DNA from: Eledone cirrhosa
Lineage: Eukaryota
Length of the DNA: 64,000 bases
Assembly (NCBI GenBank): GCA_964016885.1
Contig: OZ024740.1
Coordinates: forward strand, 161,262,001-161,326,000
Reading direction: 5' to 3'
The notes beneath the pieces were generated by a model, which was given only the letters and a program-made list of their open reading frames with translations, was not told the DNA's origin and did no database searches. Both the position numbers and the translations under genes were made by a program. Positions 20,072 through 32,409 of the stretch are shown in pieces; the first letter of the stretch is position 1, and each line of letters opens with the position of its first letter.

Positions 20072-20138
<67 letters not shown>

Positions 20139-20177
20139 ATTTTAAATAAATGGAAACTATATTTATAAAACAATATT

Positions 20178-20240
20178 TATTTTATTATATATATTTCAAG
20201 GGTACCAAGACACATTGGTACGCTTTCATCAGATAAAATA
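20178..20240 (-). ncRNA. Hammerhead family C (inverted pLTR copy)
   Basis: Reverse complement of the motif at 21867-21929. Confidence 0.8.
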
Positions 20241-21080
20241 CAAAGTTTGTTTTATAAATAGAGACATACCCATGAAAATCATACCTTTTCGGTTGGATAT
20301 TCACTTGATAGTGGAAATATATTAGGGATTTTTCAAACTTATGTGTGAATATGCAAATGAATATGTAAATAATTGAAAAACAACCGTTTATTTAAACGAC
20401 TATGGAGAGAGAAGGGATAAGAAGAGAAGGATAAAATAGTGGGAGAGAGAGAAGAAAGAAACAAGAGAAGATGAATAAAAACTCATATAACGTTAATTTG
20501 AGGGAAATATATTCTAAGTATATATCTTAATAGTACGTGTATTTACAATTATTAGTTGTTTAAAATTTGTTTATAATATAATATTTTTCTTCCGTTATAA
20601 GTATATAAATAAATAAATAAATAAATAAATACTTAAATAAATAAATAAATAAATAGATGTGTATATCATGTTCTAATGAGTTATGAGGGATATTGGTTTT
20701 GTATTTAATGGAAAAAAATCTTAAGTTAAATTAAATTAAATTAACTGAGTTAATAAGAATGTTTATATTTATATGATTTAAAATGAGAAGATACGGAAAA
20801 AAACTCCGGTTTAATTTATTTATTCGTTAGTGTGAGACTATTTAGTCAAAACAAGTATAGAAGTTGAAAGATACATTTAGCCAGAATCAGTTAGTAATCT
20901 ATAGAAAAATATTGAAAAAATATTGATAAAGTATTGAAAAAATATTGAAAAATTTGAGAAAATTTTTTTTTAAAATAATTCATAAGAGATAAGTAATTTT
21001 TAAAGAAATAAATAATTTTTAAAGAAATAAAAATTAAAGAAATAAAAATAAAGAAATAGAAATTATTAAAAATTATTTCG

Positions 21081-21139
21081 AATACCTGAAGATGTCACCA
21101 GATTCATACTGAACCCGGTCATTGAAATAATCATAGTAT
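21081..21139 (+). ncRNA. Hammerhead family B, third copy
   Basis: atac CTGAAGA ... GAAATAATCATA gtat; a further 3' half recurs at about 21347-21418. Confidence 0.6.
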
Positions 21140-21294
21140 AATAAACCTTTTAAGGAATTACACCAGTCCTGCCTCCTGTTATTTCATAGTATATATATAT
21201 TATATATATATATATAGTTTTGCGATGTTTTTGATATGATTTATATATATATATATAAATGAAAAGTATAGAAATTATTATAAGCAAGAAGCAG

Positions 21295-21349
<55 letters not shown>

Positions 21350-21416
21350 TTGAAATGATCATAGTATAATAAACCTTTTAAGGAATTACACCAGTCCACC
21401 CTCCTGTTATTTTATA

Positions 21417-21452
<36 letters not shown>

Positions 21453-21866
21453 GAAAAGTATAGAAATTATTATGAGCAAGAAGCAGACAATATATATATA
21501 TATACTTATAACGGAAGAAAAATATTATATTATAAACAAATTTTAAACAACTAATAATTGAAAATACACGTACTATTAAGATATATACTTAGAATATATT
21601 TCCCTTAAATTAACGTTATATGAGTTTTTATTCATCTTCTCTTGTTTCTTTCCTCTCTCTCTCTCCCACTATTTTATCCTTCTCTTCTTATCCCTTCTCT
21701 TCCATAGTCGTTTAAATAAACGGTTGTTTTTCAATTATTTACATATTCATTTGCATATTCACACATAAGTTTGAAAAATCCCTAATATATTTCCACTATC
21801 CAGTGAATATCCAACCGATAAGGTATGATTTTCATGGGTAGGTCTCTATTTATAAAACAAACTGGG

Positions 21867-21929
21867 TATTTTATCTGATGAAAGCGTACCAATGTGTCTT
21901 GGTACCCTTGAAATATATATAATAAAATA
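21867..21929 (+). ncRNA. Hammerhead family C in PLE-2 pLTR
   Basis: tattttat CTGATGA aagcgtaccaa-tgtgtc-ttggtaccctt GAA ATATATAT A ataaaata. It has an 8-bp stem I, a long stem II and a palindromic stem III. Confidence 0.85.
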
Positions 21930-22114
21930 AATATTGTTTTATAAATATAGTTTCCATTTATTTAATATCATTGAATACTTACTCCAGTAAGTTTGGTGCT
22001 CTAAATCAGTTATAAACATTTATATTTGTCGGACTTCCAACAAATTAAATACCCCTTCTACTTATAAATAGCTCCTTTAATGTTGCGCACTTTAAATTAT
22101 AACTGATTGCACAA

Positions 22115-24330
22115 ATGATGGAATTCTTTAGGATTTCTTCTTCTCTAAAAGATGTACCTTTACCTAAGAATAAGGACTATCTTAAACAACTCATTGAGAA
22201 ATCTGACTCCTTTATACGAAGACTTAGATGGCGTGCCTTCCATTTCGATAGAAAATCAGATGAAAAAACAAATAAATCCAGTTACAACTTCGATATGATC
22301 TTCAAATCCAAGAAAAATCCACCTAACAACAAACTATTAATGGAATTTGAAAATGAAATAATATCGATTATACAAAGCATCAAATTCAAGAAAAACCAAT
22401 TTGTAGGCCTTAAGGCCTCAAGAAAAAACTGAGAAGATCCTCGTAAAATCTGACAAAACTAACAATCTATACGGAATGCAAAAGGACGAATACAATAACC
22501 TTATATTGAAAGAACTAAGGAAAATCTACAAAATAACAAGTAATGAAGATCTTGAAATGGTAAATATAGAAGCTTCTGAAATAATTCATAACTTAGGCAT
22601 CGAAAATTGGACCGAACCCTTTATACCTAGAAGACCGAAAATTAACCTGAAAGACCACAAAAGAAACTTTGAAATAGAACTACCAGTCAGACTTATAGCA
22701 CTATCTAAATCAGACTTAGACATAGTTAGTAAACATATATTAGATAGAATCATACTGCAACTTAAAGACATATCTTAGGTTATAGATTGGTTCAATAACA
22801 TAAAATTTAAACATAACAAAAAATTCATTCAAATGGATATTGCAAACTACTTCTCCTCTATTACTCCTAGTTTACTTAATAGTTTACTTATCTATGCATC
22901 TAAACATACAGATTTATCTAGCGAAGAAATGCATATCATTTTAACTGCACGGAAAACTTTAATTGAATTCAACAATCATCTCTGGACTAGAGCCGATAGA
23001 AAACATAATTTTGATATCACCATGGCATCATCTGACTCGGCGCAAATAACGGATCTTGTGGGGCTATTTATTAATAATACACTGCATAGAAAAACACCAG
23101 AGATGATCGGTGGTTTATATCGTGATGATATGCTGCTTTTAATTGAAAATCATAGTAATTGTGAAATGCATAGGAAAAGAAAATCCATAATATAATTCTT
23201 CAATAGCTACAACCTTAAGTTAGAAATAGAGAATAACTATAAAAGTGTTAACTTTTTAGACGTAACATTAAACCTTAACACAGGGCTCTACTATCCATTC
23301 CATAAAATTAATGAGAATCTAAACTATGTAAGTTTTAACTTTAATCATCCTAGATCTATCAAGAACACTATTGTCAATTCTGTCCAACAACAGATTTCAC
23401 GCATCCCCGCTAATAAAAACATTTTTGACGATAAGGCAGAATATTATAAGCTTTAAATAGAGCAGGGTATATAAATAAGATTAAATACATCGACAACAGT
23501 AATAAGGCAAATAACCCTACTATTAATTGTAATAATAATAAAAAATTAACTTAAACTCTAAAACTAACAGAATAACGAGAACTAGAAGTATTATTTGGTA
23601 CTCATCCCCATTCTCATTAAGCGTAAAAATACCTTTAGCAAAGCTATTCTTTAAAGCACTAGATAAATGTTTTCCTAAAGCCCACAGATACCACTCAATC
23701 TTTAACAGACATACTATAAAACTATCCTACTGTACTACTATGAACATAGCACAAAATATAAATAGAATTAATAATAGAAATTTAAACCCTAACCAAAATA
23801 ACCAAAATAACCAAAATAACCAAAATAACCAAAATAACCAAAATAGCAGTAATATCTCTAGCAATATCCAACATAATAGTACCGTTCCGAACAACAACAA
23901 CTCTGTAAAATGTAACTGCAGAATTAAATCAAACTGTCCTTTACAAAATAAGTGTTTAGATAAAAACGTGGTCTATAAATGTACAGTTAAAACTAGTGAT
24001 AATATATTTAACTATGTCGGTGCAACTTCTACAGAATTTAAAAGTCGCTGGAATAACCACAATTGCTCTTTCCGAAGATTTGATAAAAAATCTTCAACTT
24101 CTCTTTCAAACCTGATATGGAACTTAAAATGCAAGAATATGGACTATTCATTAGCTTGGGAAACAGTTTCATAAGCACCCGCGTACCAAAACACAGCTTT
24201 ATCTAGATTCTGCAAATTGTGTATTGAGGAAATTGTTTACATACTTAAATGTAAAAACTCTATTAATCTAAGATCGAATTTATTTAATTCTTGTAGACAT
24301 CGCCAGAATTCAACATTCAGAACTATATAT
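22115..24330 (+). pseudogene. PLE RT-GIY-YIG polyprotein, multiple stops and frameshifts
   Basis: RT-region motifs FIRRLRWRA, LKDHK.NF...VRLI, MDIANYFSSI, FDITMASSDSAQITDLVG, GLYRDD and VNFLDV; endonuclease motifs CNCR..CPL..KC, VVY...YVGAT..FKSRWNNH and CKLC..E...SCRH. Tentatively Hydra-like clade. Confidence 0.9.
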
Positions 24331-25484
24331 AACTTACAATTATACTTATATTACTACTTATTTCAATAATAATCTCATCCACTTGGTTTTAATATATTGG
24401 CATCTCTAAATCATAATATCTATAACAATTGCTATAATTACACTTCTTAAAGTTTCATAAAATATATACGTATATAATTCTAATCTTTTTTTTAATTTAA
24501 ATTTTAATTTTAATAATTTTTATTTCTTTAAAAATTACTTATCTCTTATGAATTATTTTTTTAGAAAATTTTCTCAAATTTTTCAATATTTTTTCAATAC
24601 TTTTTCAATATTTTTTCAATACTTTATCAATATTTTTTCAATGTTTTTCAATAGATTTATAACCACTAACTGATTCTGGCTAAATGTATCTTTCAACATC
24701 TACACTTATTTTGACTAAATAGTCTCACACTAGCGAATAAATAAATTGAACCGGAGTTTTTTTCCGTATCTTCCCATTTTAAATCATATAAATATAAATA
24801 TTCTTATTAACTCAAATAATTTAATTTAATTTAACTTAATATTTATTTACATCATAGAGATGCAGTATTTTTGTGAGGTTTGCCGACTTATCAAGAGGAT
24901 ACCTCATTTAGAGTTTCAAAACACATGCGTAGGACGCGAGATAGAATCCCGAAAGGCGGAGGGGGAACTTATCACGTGATACAGCGGTCAAGAAACAGAG
25001 CTAAGCCTCTTATCGAAGAAAATGAAGGAATTTAGGTATATTATATCTTTTTTATTTATATCTAATGTTTCTTCTTTCTTTATAATGTATTATATAGCTC
25101 TGATATTGAATCAATCTAATCCATTCAGATTATTTTGTCCCAGTTATTCATAGAGCAACAACGGTTAAGGTTGGCACCACACAAATTCAGGGATATATGT
25201 GGGTATATGGATGTATATGTATGTATTCGCATGCGTCTGTCTATTTCTTTGTATATATATATATATATGTTTTTTTGTATTAAATATATATATATATATT
25301 ATATTTGTATTATATATATATATATAACTAGATCTATATATAACTAGATCTATATATAATTATATATAACTATATATAACTATATATAACTAGATCTATA
25401 TATAAATAGATCTATATATAACTAGATCTATCAACTCATAATATTATAATATAAAATTAAATCAAATATTTTTTAACACTACAA

Positions 25485-26693
25485 GTGAAGTCATTCTTTT
25501 CCTTTTTTTCAAATATACCTAACTGTACCAACGATCTCACACATTTTCCAATATTCTACCACCTTGTACACGACAGAATGGCTAACACACGTTCAAAATC
25601 TGTTACTGAATCGGAAACAATATCACAGGAGATCTCAGAAAATCTCTTCATAATGATAAGTAAGTACGACTCTCTTACTAATGCCGTATATGAAATGGAA
25701 CAACAAACACGCAGCTATAGGGAGAAACTCGATTCCCTAATTGCAGACCGCCAGAAACAAGAACAAATTTCACCCTCTGAAATAGTTACACACGACCAGA
25801 ATTCCATCGTTCAAAATGCGTTCAAAGAATGGAATGAACTGAATCTGGAAAAAGAAGCTTTCAAACAAAGAAACCAAATGAAAAATATTTGGAACCAAAT
25901 ACTAAGCCAAAGAAAACAGGCATACTGGAAAGCCTTGAGGAGTGAAAACCTAGCGGACACATATGAGATATGGCGAAGTAAAGAACAAGTCATCCTCCCG
26001 AGAAAATTCCGGATTAAAGAAATAACATCAGAACCAAATGACGAAACCAAAATAAGACCAAATCTAGCACTCCAGAAACTTGAGACAGAAATCACTCTAC
26101 TCCGTCTAAGAGTGCCAAAATTTAAAGATAAATTCGAAAAATGTGACACCACTATTAGAGAAGAAATAAACAAAAGAAGCATCGGTAATGTACGGGAAAA
26201 ACTCTTTGACCTTTGGAGGAATGATGCAACCAGTGAGGAATTGAAATCAAAGAAAATCTTGGAGTTAAGAACACAATGGCTACAAGAATATGAAAAGAAC
26301 TATGGGAAAGTACAAATAAAATCCAAAAAAGAAACCCATAAGAAACCCTCAAATTCCGGAATATACAAAAACACAAGAAATGAAGAATTCTCACACAATA
26401 AACAAACATCAACCAGAAATCGGAGAACCTCAAACATACAATTATACACAATCCAAATACTGAACACCAGAACCAGATACAACTACTATCAAAACCCCAA
26501 GAACAATTACCTGCGGCAAAATCAAAGACATATGATGACCGAACGAAACAATAGAAGAACTAGACCCCCATATATCAACCACCAAACAAAATACTACCGT
26601 TCAGAAAATTATCAACATGAAATACCAGCGAACAGAACATTTCACCAAAACAGAAACGCCGCTACCTCAAATGGGAATTATTTTTTAGAATAA
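25485..26693 (+). CDS. PLE-3 upstream ORF1 (402 aa; likely start ATG near 25578), coiled-coil-like with basic N/R/Q-rich tail
   Basis: Uninterrupted, non-repetitive ORF inside the direct repeats, with charged helical stretches. It ends TAT TTT TTA GAA TAA. Confidence 0.65.
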   Translation: MKSFFSFFSNIPNCTNDLTHFPIFYHLVHDRMANTRSKSVTESETISQEISENLFIMISKYDSLTNAVYEMEQQTRSYREKLDSLIADRQKQEQISPSEIVTHDQNSIVQNAFKEWNELNLEKEAFKQRNQMKNIWNQILSQRKQAYWKALRSENLADTYEIWRSKEQVILPRKFRIKEITSEPNDETKIRPNLALQKLETEITLLRLRVPKFKDKFEKCDTTIREEINKRSIGNVREKLFDLWRNDATSEELKSKKILELRTQWLQEYEKNYGKVQIKSKKETHKKPSNSGIYKNTRNEEFSHNKQTSTRNRRTSNIQLYTIQILNTRTRYNYYQNPKNNYLRQNQRHMMTERNNRRTRPPYINHQTKYYRSENYQHEIPANRTFHQNRNAATSNGNYFLE

Positions 26694-28570
26694 GGTGTCT
26701 CCCACCAAATGAAAGGAAAAAAAAAAAAAACACCACCCTTCAAGTGGCACCCGACGAGAAAACTCCAAAGGAACCAAAAATAATCAACATATCGGCAAAA
26801 AAACTAACACAACATGAAATAAAATTGCTAGAAAATGGACTGAAATTCACACCCACTCCAAAAGCAGATCAAGCCGACCTTATAAAAGACACAGAAAATT
26901 TTTGTCAAAAATTACGTCCAGTAGAATTCTTCCAGGGTGTAGAATACGAGGAGGAATCACGAGTAAGAAACAAAAAGAACTTCAGGCCTCCTTTAAACAG
27001 AGACAAACATCTGGAGGATTACATAACCTACCTCCTACGATCAGCACAGTCAAATACTGCAGAGACGAAACACAAACACAACATCCCTACAGACCAACTG
27101 CAAGCACTAAACAAACTACAAAAAGACTCCTCAATAATCATAAAAGAAGCGGACAAAGGTGGATCAATCATCATCATGGACAAAAACCACTACAAGGATA
27201 TGGTCCTAGAACAGTTGAATAAAGAGGACTTTTACAGAAAAATCAGCAAAAACGAAGAAAGAAAATCGATGATTAAAGTAGGCAAACTGACGACCAAGTA
27301 CCAAAACAATCTCACACTAAACTAAAGGAAATCAATGACTTAACCAACTTCGAAAGAAATGAAGACCAGCAATTTCTATGGTTTACCGAAGGTTCACAAA
27401 TCCAGAGAAATCCATAACAACATAAACGGCAAAAATACATCATATGTTGAAGTACCAAAACCGACAGATTTAAAATTACGCCCAATTGTTGCCGGTCCAG
27501 CCTCAAGCACACAACGTCTAAGCAACCTATTAGACATCATACTGAAACCCATATGTAAAAAAGTGACAAGCTTCATCAGAGATGATATAGAATTCCTGAA
27601 CTATATCCCCCAGAAAGTACACCAAGAAACAATCTTAGTCAGCTTTGACGTAACAAGCTTATATACTAACATCCCACACGACTTAGGAGTTGAAGCTGTT
27701 GACTTCTGGATTACAAAACATCCAGACTACATTTCAGAGAGATTCCAAAAAAAAATTATTTTGGAAGGACTCAAACTAGTACTGGAGAACAACCACTTTC
27801 TCTTTGATAACGAACTATATTTACAAATAAAAAGAACTGCCATGGGTACCAAAGTGGCCCCAACATATGCAACACTCGTTATGGGCCACCTGGAGGCAAA
27901 ATTACATTCCAAACTGCCGGAAACATTCAGTCATGACTTCGCCACCTACATTAATCACAACTGGACGCTACTTAGACGACTGCTTCATCTTCTGGAATAG
28001 AAGCCAAGAAGACCTTCAAAGATTCCATTCCATCATAAACAATCTTCACGAAGAAATAAAATTCACCATGGAATGTAATAAAAAGTAACTACCGTTTCTG
28101 GATATCCTTGTCATTAAGGAAGGGGAAAATATCAAAACGGACTTATTTTACAAACCAACAGACACACACCAATACTTGAATTTCCGTTCAGCACACTCAT
28201 CACATACCAAAAGGAACATTCCTTTTAACATGGCAAGACACATCTGCACCATAGTGACACACGCCACACTACAGGAAAAAATATTATATGAATTAAAAGA
28301 GTTCCTTAAGAGACAAGAATATCCGGTGAACCTCATCAACACAGCCATCTCCAAAGCCCAGTGACAACACTGAGAAAAACAAAGCAACAAAATAGAATGG
28401 AAAAAACAGTTATCCCCCCTTTTGTCATCTCTCACAATCCAAGGAACTTCAACATTGTAAAAGCCGCCAAACAATATCTCCCGATTCTCCAGCAGTCCCC
28501 TAAAATGAATGCACTCATAAAAGACGTACAAATTATATATAGTAGACGCCAAACACCCTTATCTTGCAAC
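26687..28570 (+). pseudogene. PLE reverse transcriptase (disrupted; truncated before the GIY-YIG)
   Basis: Motifs IINIS..LT..E..LL..GLKFTPTP, IIKEADKGGSIIIMD, FYGLPKVHK, LRPIVAG, SFDVTSLYTNIPH, AMGTKVAPTYA, RYLDDCF, LPFLD and KPTDTHQYL..SAH. Confidence 0.92.
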
Positions 28571-28989
28571 CTAACCATTTTCTGAGTGTATATGTATATA
28601 TATATGTGTGTGTGTATGTGTGTGTATGGGTGTATGTGTGTGTGTGTATGTGTGTACGTGGGTGTTTTAATTCCTCCAGACCTTCATCATCATCAACACT
28701 CATTAACACCACACGCCACACCCCAGACAAATCTCTCTTATATATAGTCACACATTTCACACAACCTGATCTCAGTTTGACAATCGCCTCTGACAGCAGA
28801 ATACGAGAAAGTTCTCCAGCCCAAGTTAACCAGGAATCTTTAAAATTCTTCCCACCGAAGCTAACAAAGAACTTACTAGATCTGCCAACTCACAATATTA
28901 TAATATTATAAAATTAAATCAAAGATGTTTTAACACTACAAGTGAAGTCATTCTTTGCCTTTTTTACAAATATACATATATATATATAT

Positions 28990-29088
<99 letters not shown>

Positions 29089-29261
29089 TGTTTAAAGGGC
29101 AAGTGCTCAGACATCGGGCCCCGATTCTTTCTAATGTACACACACACACACATATATATATATATAAATATATGTATATATACATATATATATGTGTGTG
29201 TGTCTGTGCGTGCGTGCGTGTGTGTGTGTGTGTGTGTATGTGTGTATGTGTGTGTATGTGT

Positions 29262-29303
<42 letters not shown>

Positions 29304-30892
29304 ATTTATATAAACATTTATGTATATATATATATACGCATATATATATATATAGAGAGAGAGATAGATAGATAGATAACATATATATAGATATATATCG
29401 TAGTGTTACCAAACGCTGTTGTTATGAGCCAGAAAGTAATTTCCGTTATCCAGGCACCAACACTTGAAAGAGAGTCTTGAATTTATTCGTATATTTATAT
29501 ATAATTTTATTGACACTTAAATCGAGTATAATAGTTAACTGTGGCTTTATTTGAACTCGGTAGAGAAAACCATTCCTTGATAAAACTTATCATTTTTCCA
29601 TCAAATCAATATTATTGAAGTGTACAGTTATTTTACTACTATTAACCTTAAAATTATAAAGAGCAAAATCTAATTTGACAGAATTAAAAATTGTGCCAAA
29701 GAAACTTGCATGAATCTGTTAGTTCTAGTTTCGGTAGAGGAAATAACAACATATCATAGATGTTCGATATAATAAGTGAGTAGACATTTATATCTATAAA
29801 TTTCAGAATTTGGTTAAAATATCAAGAGAATCGGGAATACCAATAATCAATTATCACTGAGAACGGTAAGGGGATAGAGATGTTCCTGATAATATTCATA
29901 AGGAAATATATCACTTGCAAATGAATTAAACTGTAGCTGACTCTTTATTTAATACGAAACAAAAACATAAATAAATAAATAAAGAGCTGTAAAATGGTGA
30001 AACTAATAATGGTCATTTCGTGTCTACACATATTACAATATTGCCATATTACCTAACTCTTCCATTAATTTTGTTTTTCTTGGTGCTTTGAATTATGTGT
30101 CTAGCAGTACACGAATACAAAAATATTGCCAGTTAAACTGTATTTGGCACTCCTCTGTTGATACATGATGTACTTTAAATTCAGATATGTTGAGTTGTCA
30201 GTGAAATAATAACTGTCTATGACACCTTTCAAAGCCTCCGTTACTGGCGGGAGAAAGAGAAGACGTTATTTACAGACTGGTAACCTAGCTCAGGGTGTTA
30301 CAATAGTGTGAACGCCACAAAAGGCTTCCGACTGTCAAATGATGGTGTACTGGATGAGGGATTTCGTCTACCACTCAAGTACATTAGTGATGCTGAAGTC
30401 TTCCTCAGTCTCCATCTACTAAATTTTACTCCCAGAGCGTTTTATTTATTTATTTTTATTTTTTTTGTTTTTCGAAATGAGGCTACAGTAGAAGGCAATT
30501 CTTCCAGGTGATATGCAATGAAATTGAACCGAAACTCATATAGTTGCGACGCAAACCTCTTGATCACGCAAACATATCATTTCGCTCATTATAGGTGATT
30601 ATATCAGTCTATCATAGGTAATATTTCCAAAAGATATTTTAACTATCTCTAAAAGCTAATTGAATTAATCAATCAGCTGAACGCATTTCGTTTTATTCAT
30701 AAATCGGGAGGAGGAGTGGAGAAATGAGGAGGAGCAAGTAAGAGAGAATAGAGTTGATTATCTGATTCAACATCTGTAAATTTGACATCTAGAAAAGATC
30801 TGGGCGGGAGCCGACGGGGAGACATATATGATCACTCGACTTGCTAGAAATTGCTGACAGATTTCTTTCACGTTACAGTTTAACTTCTAAGG

Positions 30893-31095
30893 GCGATGGA
30901 TTGGGCGTATCGGTAGAGAGTCGGACACCATGCTTTGCAGCATAGAGTTACAGTCCTTTACGGTCTGAGTTCAAATCCCGCCGAGGTTAACTTTGCCTGT
31001 TATCCTTACGGGGTGATAAAATAAAGCACACTGGGGTCGATTTAATTGATTTTCCCCTCCCCCAAATTACTGGCCTTCTGCCTATACTAGAAATC
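30893..31095 (+). mobile_element. SINE, dispersed family
   Basis: ggcgatggattgggcg...ctgagttcaaatcccgccgaggttaactttgcc...ggggtcgatttaattgat. Confidence 0.75.
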
Positions 31096-31777
31096 ATTAT
31101 GCTTTATCTTCTTGCTTAAGGAAGGATTCGTTGGATATTTATTTAATGATATATAAAAAGGCGAAATGGTCAAGGTTGATAATATGATTATGTCTGTTCG
31201 AGGAGGCGTAATGTTGGGTTAAACAAAATATAAAAGGCCCCAATACAGATTTGTGCTGCATGTACTTATAAAATCCCTATGACTAAAACATTAAGTGCTT
31301 ATGACCTCACTATTGTTAAGAGCTTAAGTAAATTGGTTAGACAAATGTGTAATGCACTCTTGGCAGCTAGTTCGATTGATATATTACTATACACGAAGAT
31401 ATAGTTTGGGCCTTCAACTCCTGCTGGTATCATAGAGTCACATAGAAGTCTATTCTTATTTATGATGATGTTCTCATCTTTTCATATTGAATTCAGTTTG
31501 GTTAGTGTGGTCATTGCTAAGGTTGAAGGTATCTTCCGGAAAGAGTGCGGAGATAGAGGGTTCGATTGCTGGCTGGCCACTCTGCCACTTTTTCTGTCTC
31601 CATGTGTACTTTACTCGACATTCTCAACTTTTATCTATAGTGATCGACTATCCTTACGGGGTCGATAAAATAAAGTACCAGTAATGCACTGGGTAATTGC
31701 TGGCCTTGTGCCAAAAAGTAGAAACAATTATTATTATGGTCATTTGCATTGAGACACATTTCAAATTTTCCCAATGC

Positions 31778-31812
<35 letters not shown>

Positions 31813-32409
31813 TGTTATACTTGGGGAGGGTCATATTTGTGTAATATTGCCAGAATTAATAACAGAACACACTCACTGTTTGTTTGGTTGGTTTTCGCTT
31901 TTCGCTTCTGTGTCTTTTATATCGGTAATCTAATTTATTCGGTCCTCAATGTTGCCATTGACTGACCAACGGTCAAAAATAATACAGATACAATATAGAC
32001 ACAAACACATATATATAGTTTATCAAAGTTATTTCATCTGCAACATCGTCAGTGGTGCTATTGTTTCCTCCCGTTGCATTGTATGTCTACGCCATTTTTA
32101 TTTAGTCTTGTCCATATATTTATTTATTTATTTGCTTGTTTGTTTATTTTATTTTGTCTTCTTTGCGCATGCGTTTGCGTGTGTGTATAGTGTTTTGTTT
32201 GATGTGTGTTCGTGATTGGGTTACTAGTGTGTGTTTATATGTGTTTGTTGTTATTGTGCTTGTGTATGTATTTATTTATTTATTTATCTATTTATTTATT
32301 TATTTATTTATACTTCTCTTAGGTCAGTGTTGTTTGTTTGGGTGTTGTTGTTATTCCATTCATTCTTTCTGTTTAGTCTTGGCCTTCTAAGTTCTATTTC
32401 ACAGGCCTC

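Larger units (their letters stand above)
19707..20079. mobile_element. Non-coding fold-back unit: two ~120-bp inverted arms each carrying a family B HHR
   Basis: 19707-19826 is the reverse complement of 19961-20079, with a ~135-bp spacer; the right end abuts (TA)n. Confidence 0.8.
20135..24845 (+). mobile_element. Penelope-like element PLE-2 (YRDD-type RT plus C-terminal GIY-YIG) with upstream inverted 3'-end/pLTR copy
   Basis: About 20135-20605 is the reverse complement of about 21503-21972, and about 20720-21075 is the reverse complement of about 24500-24840. Coding remnants span 22115-24330. Confidence 0.9.
25422..28975 (+). mobile_element. Penelope-like element PLE-3 (Neptune-like RT, EN lost) with ~100-bp direct terminal repeats and an upstream ORF
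   Basis: ctagatct..caactca..aatattataat..aaattaaatcaaa..taacactacaagtgaagtcattcttt occurs at about 25422-25520 and about 28876-28975, enclosing the coding region. Confidence 0.85.

Noticed and set aside
28770-28880. Hammerhead in the PLE-3 3' repeat
   Set aside because: The ctgacag...gaaa stretch lacks a canonical core and consistent stems.
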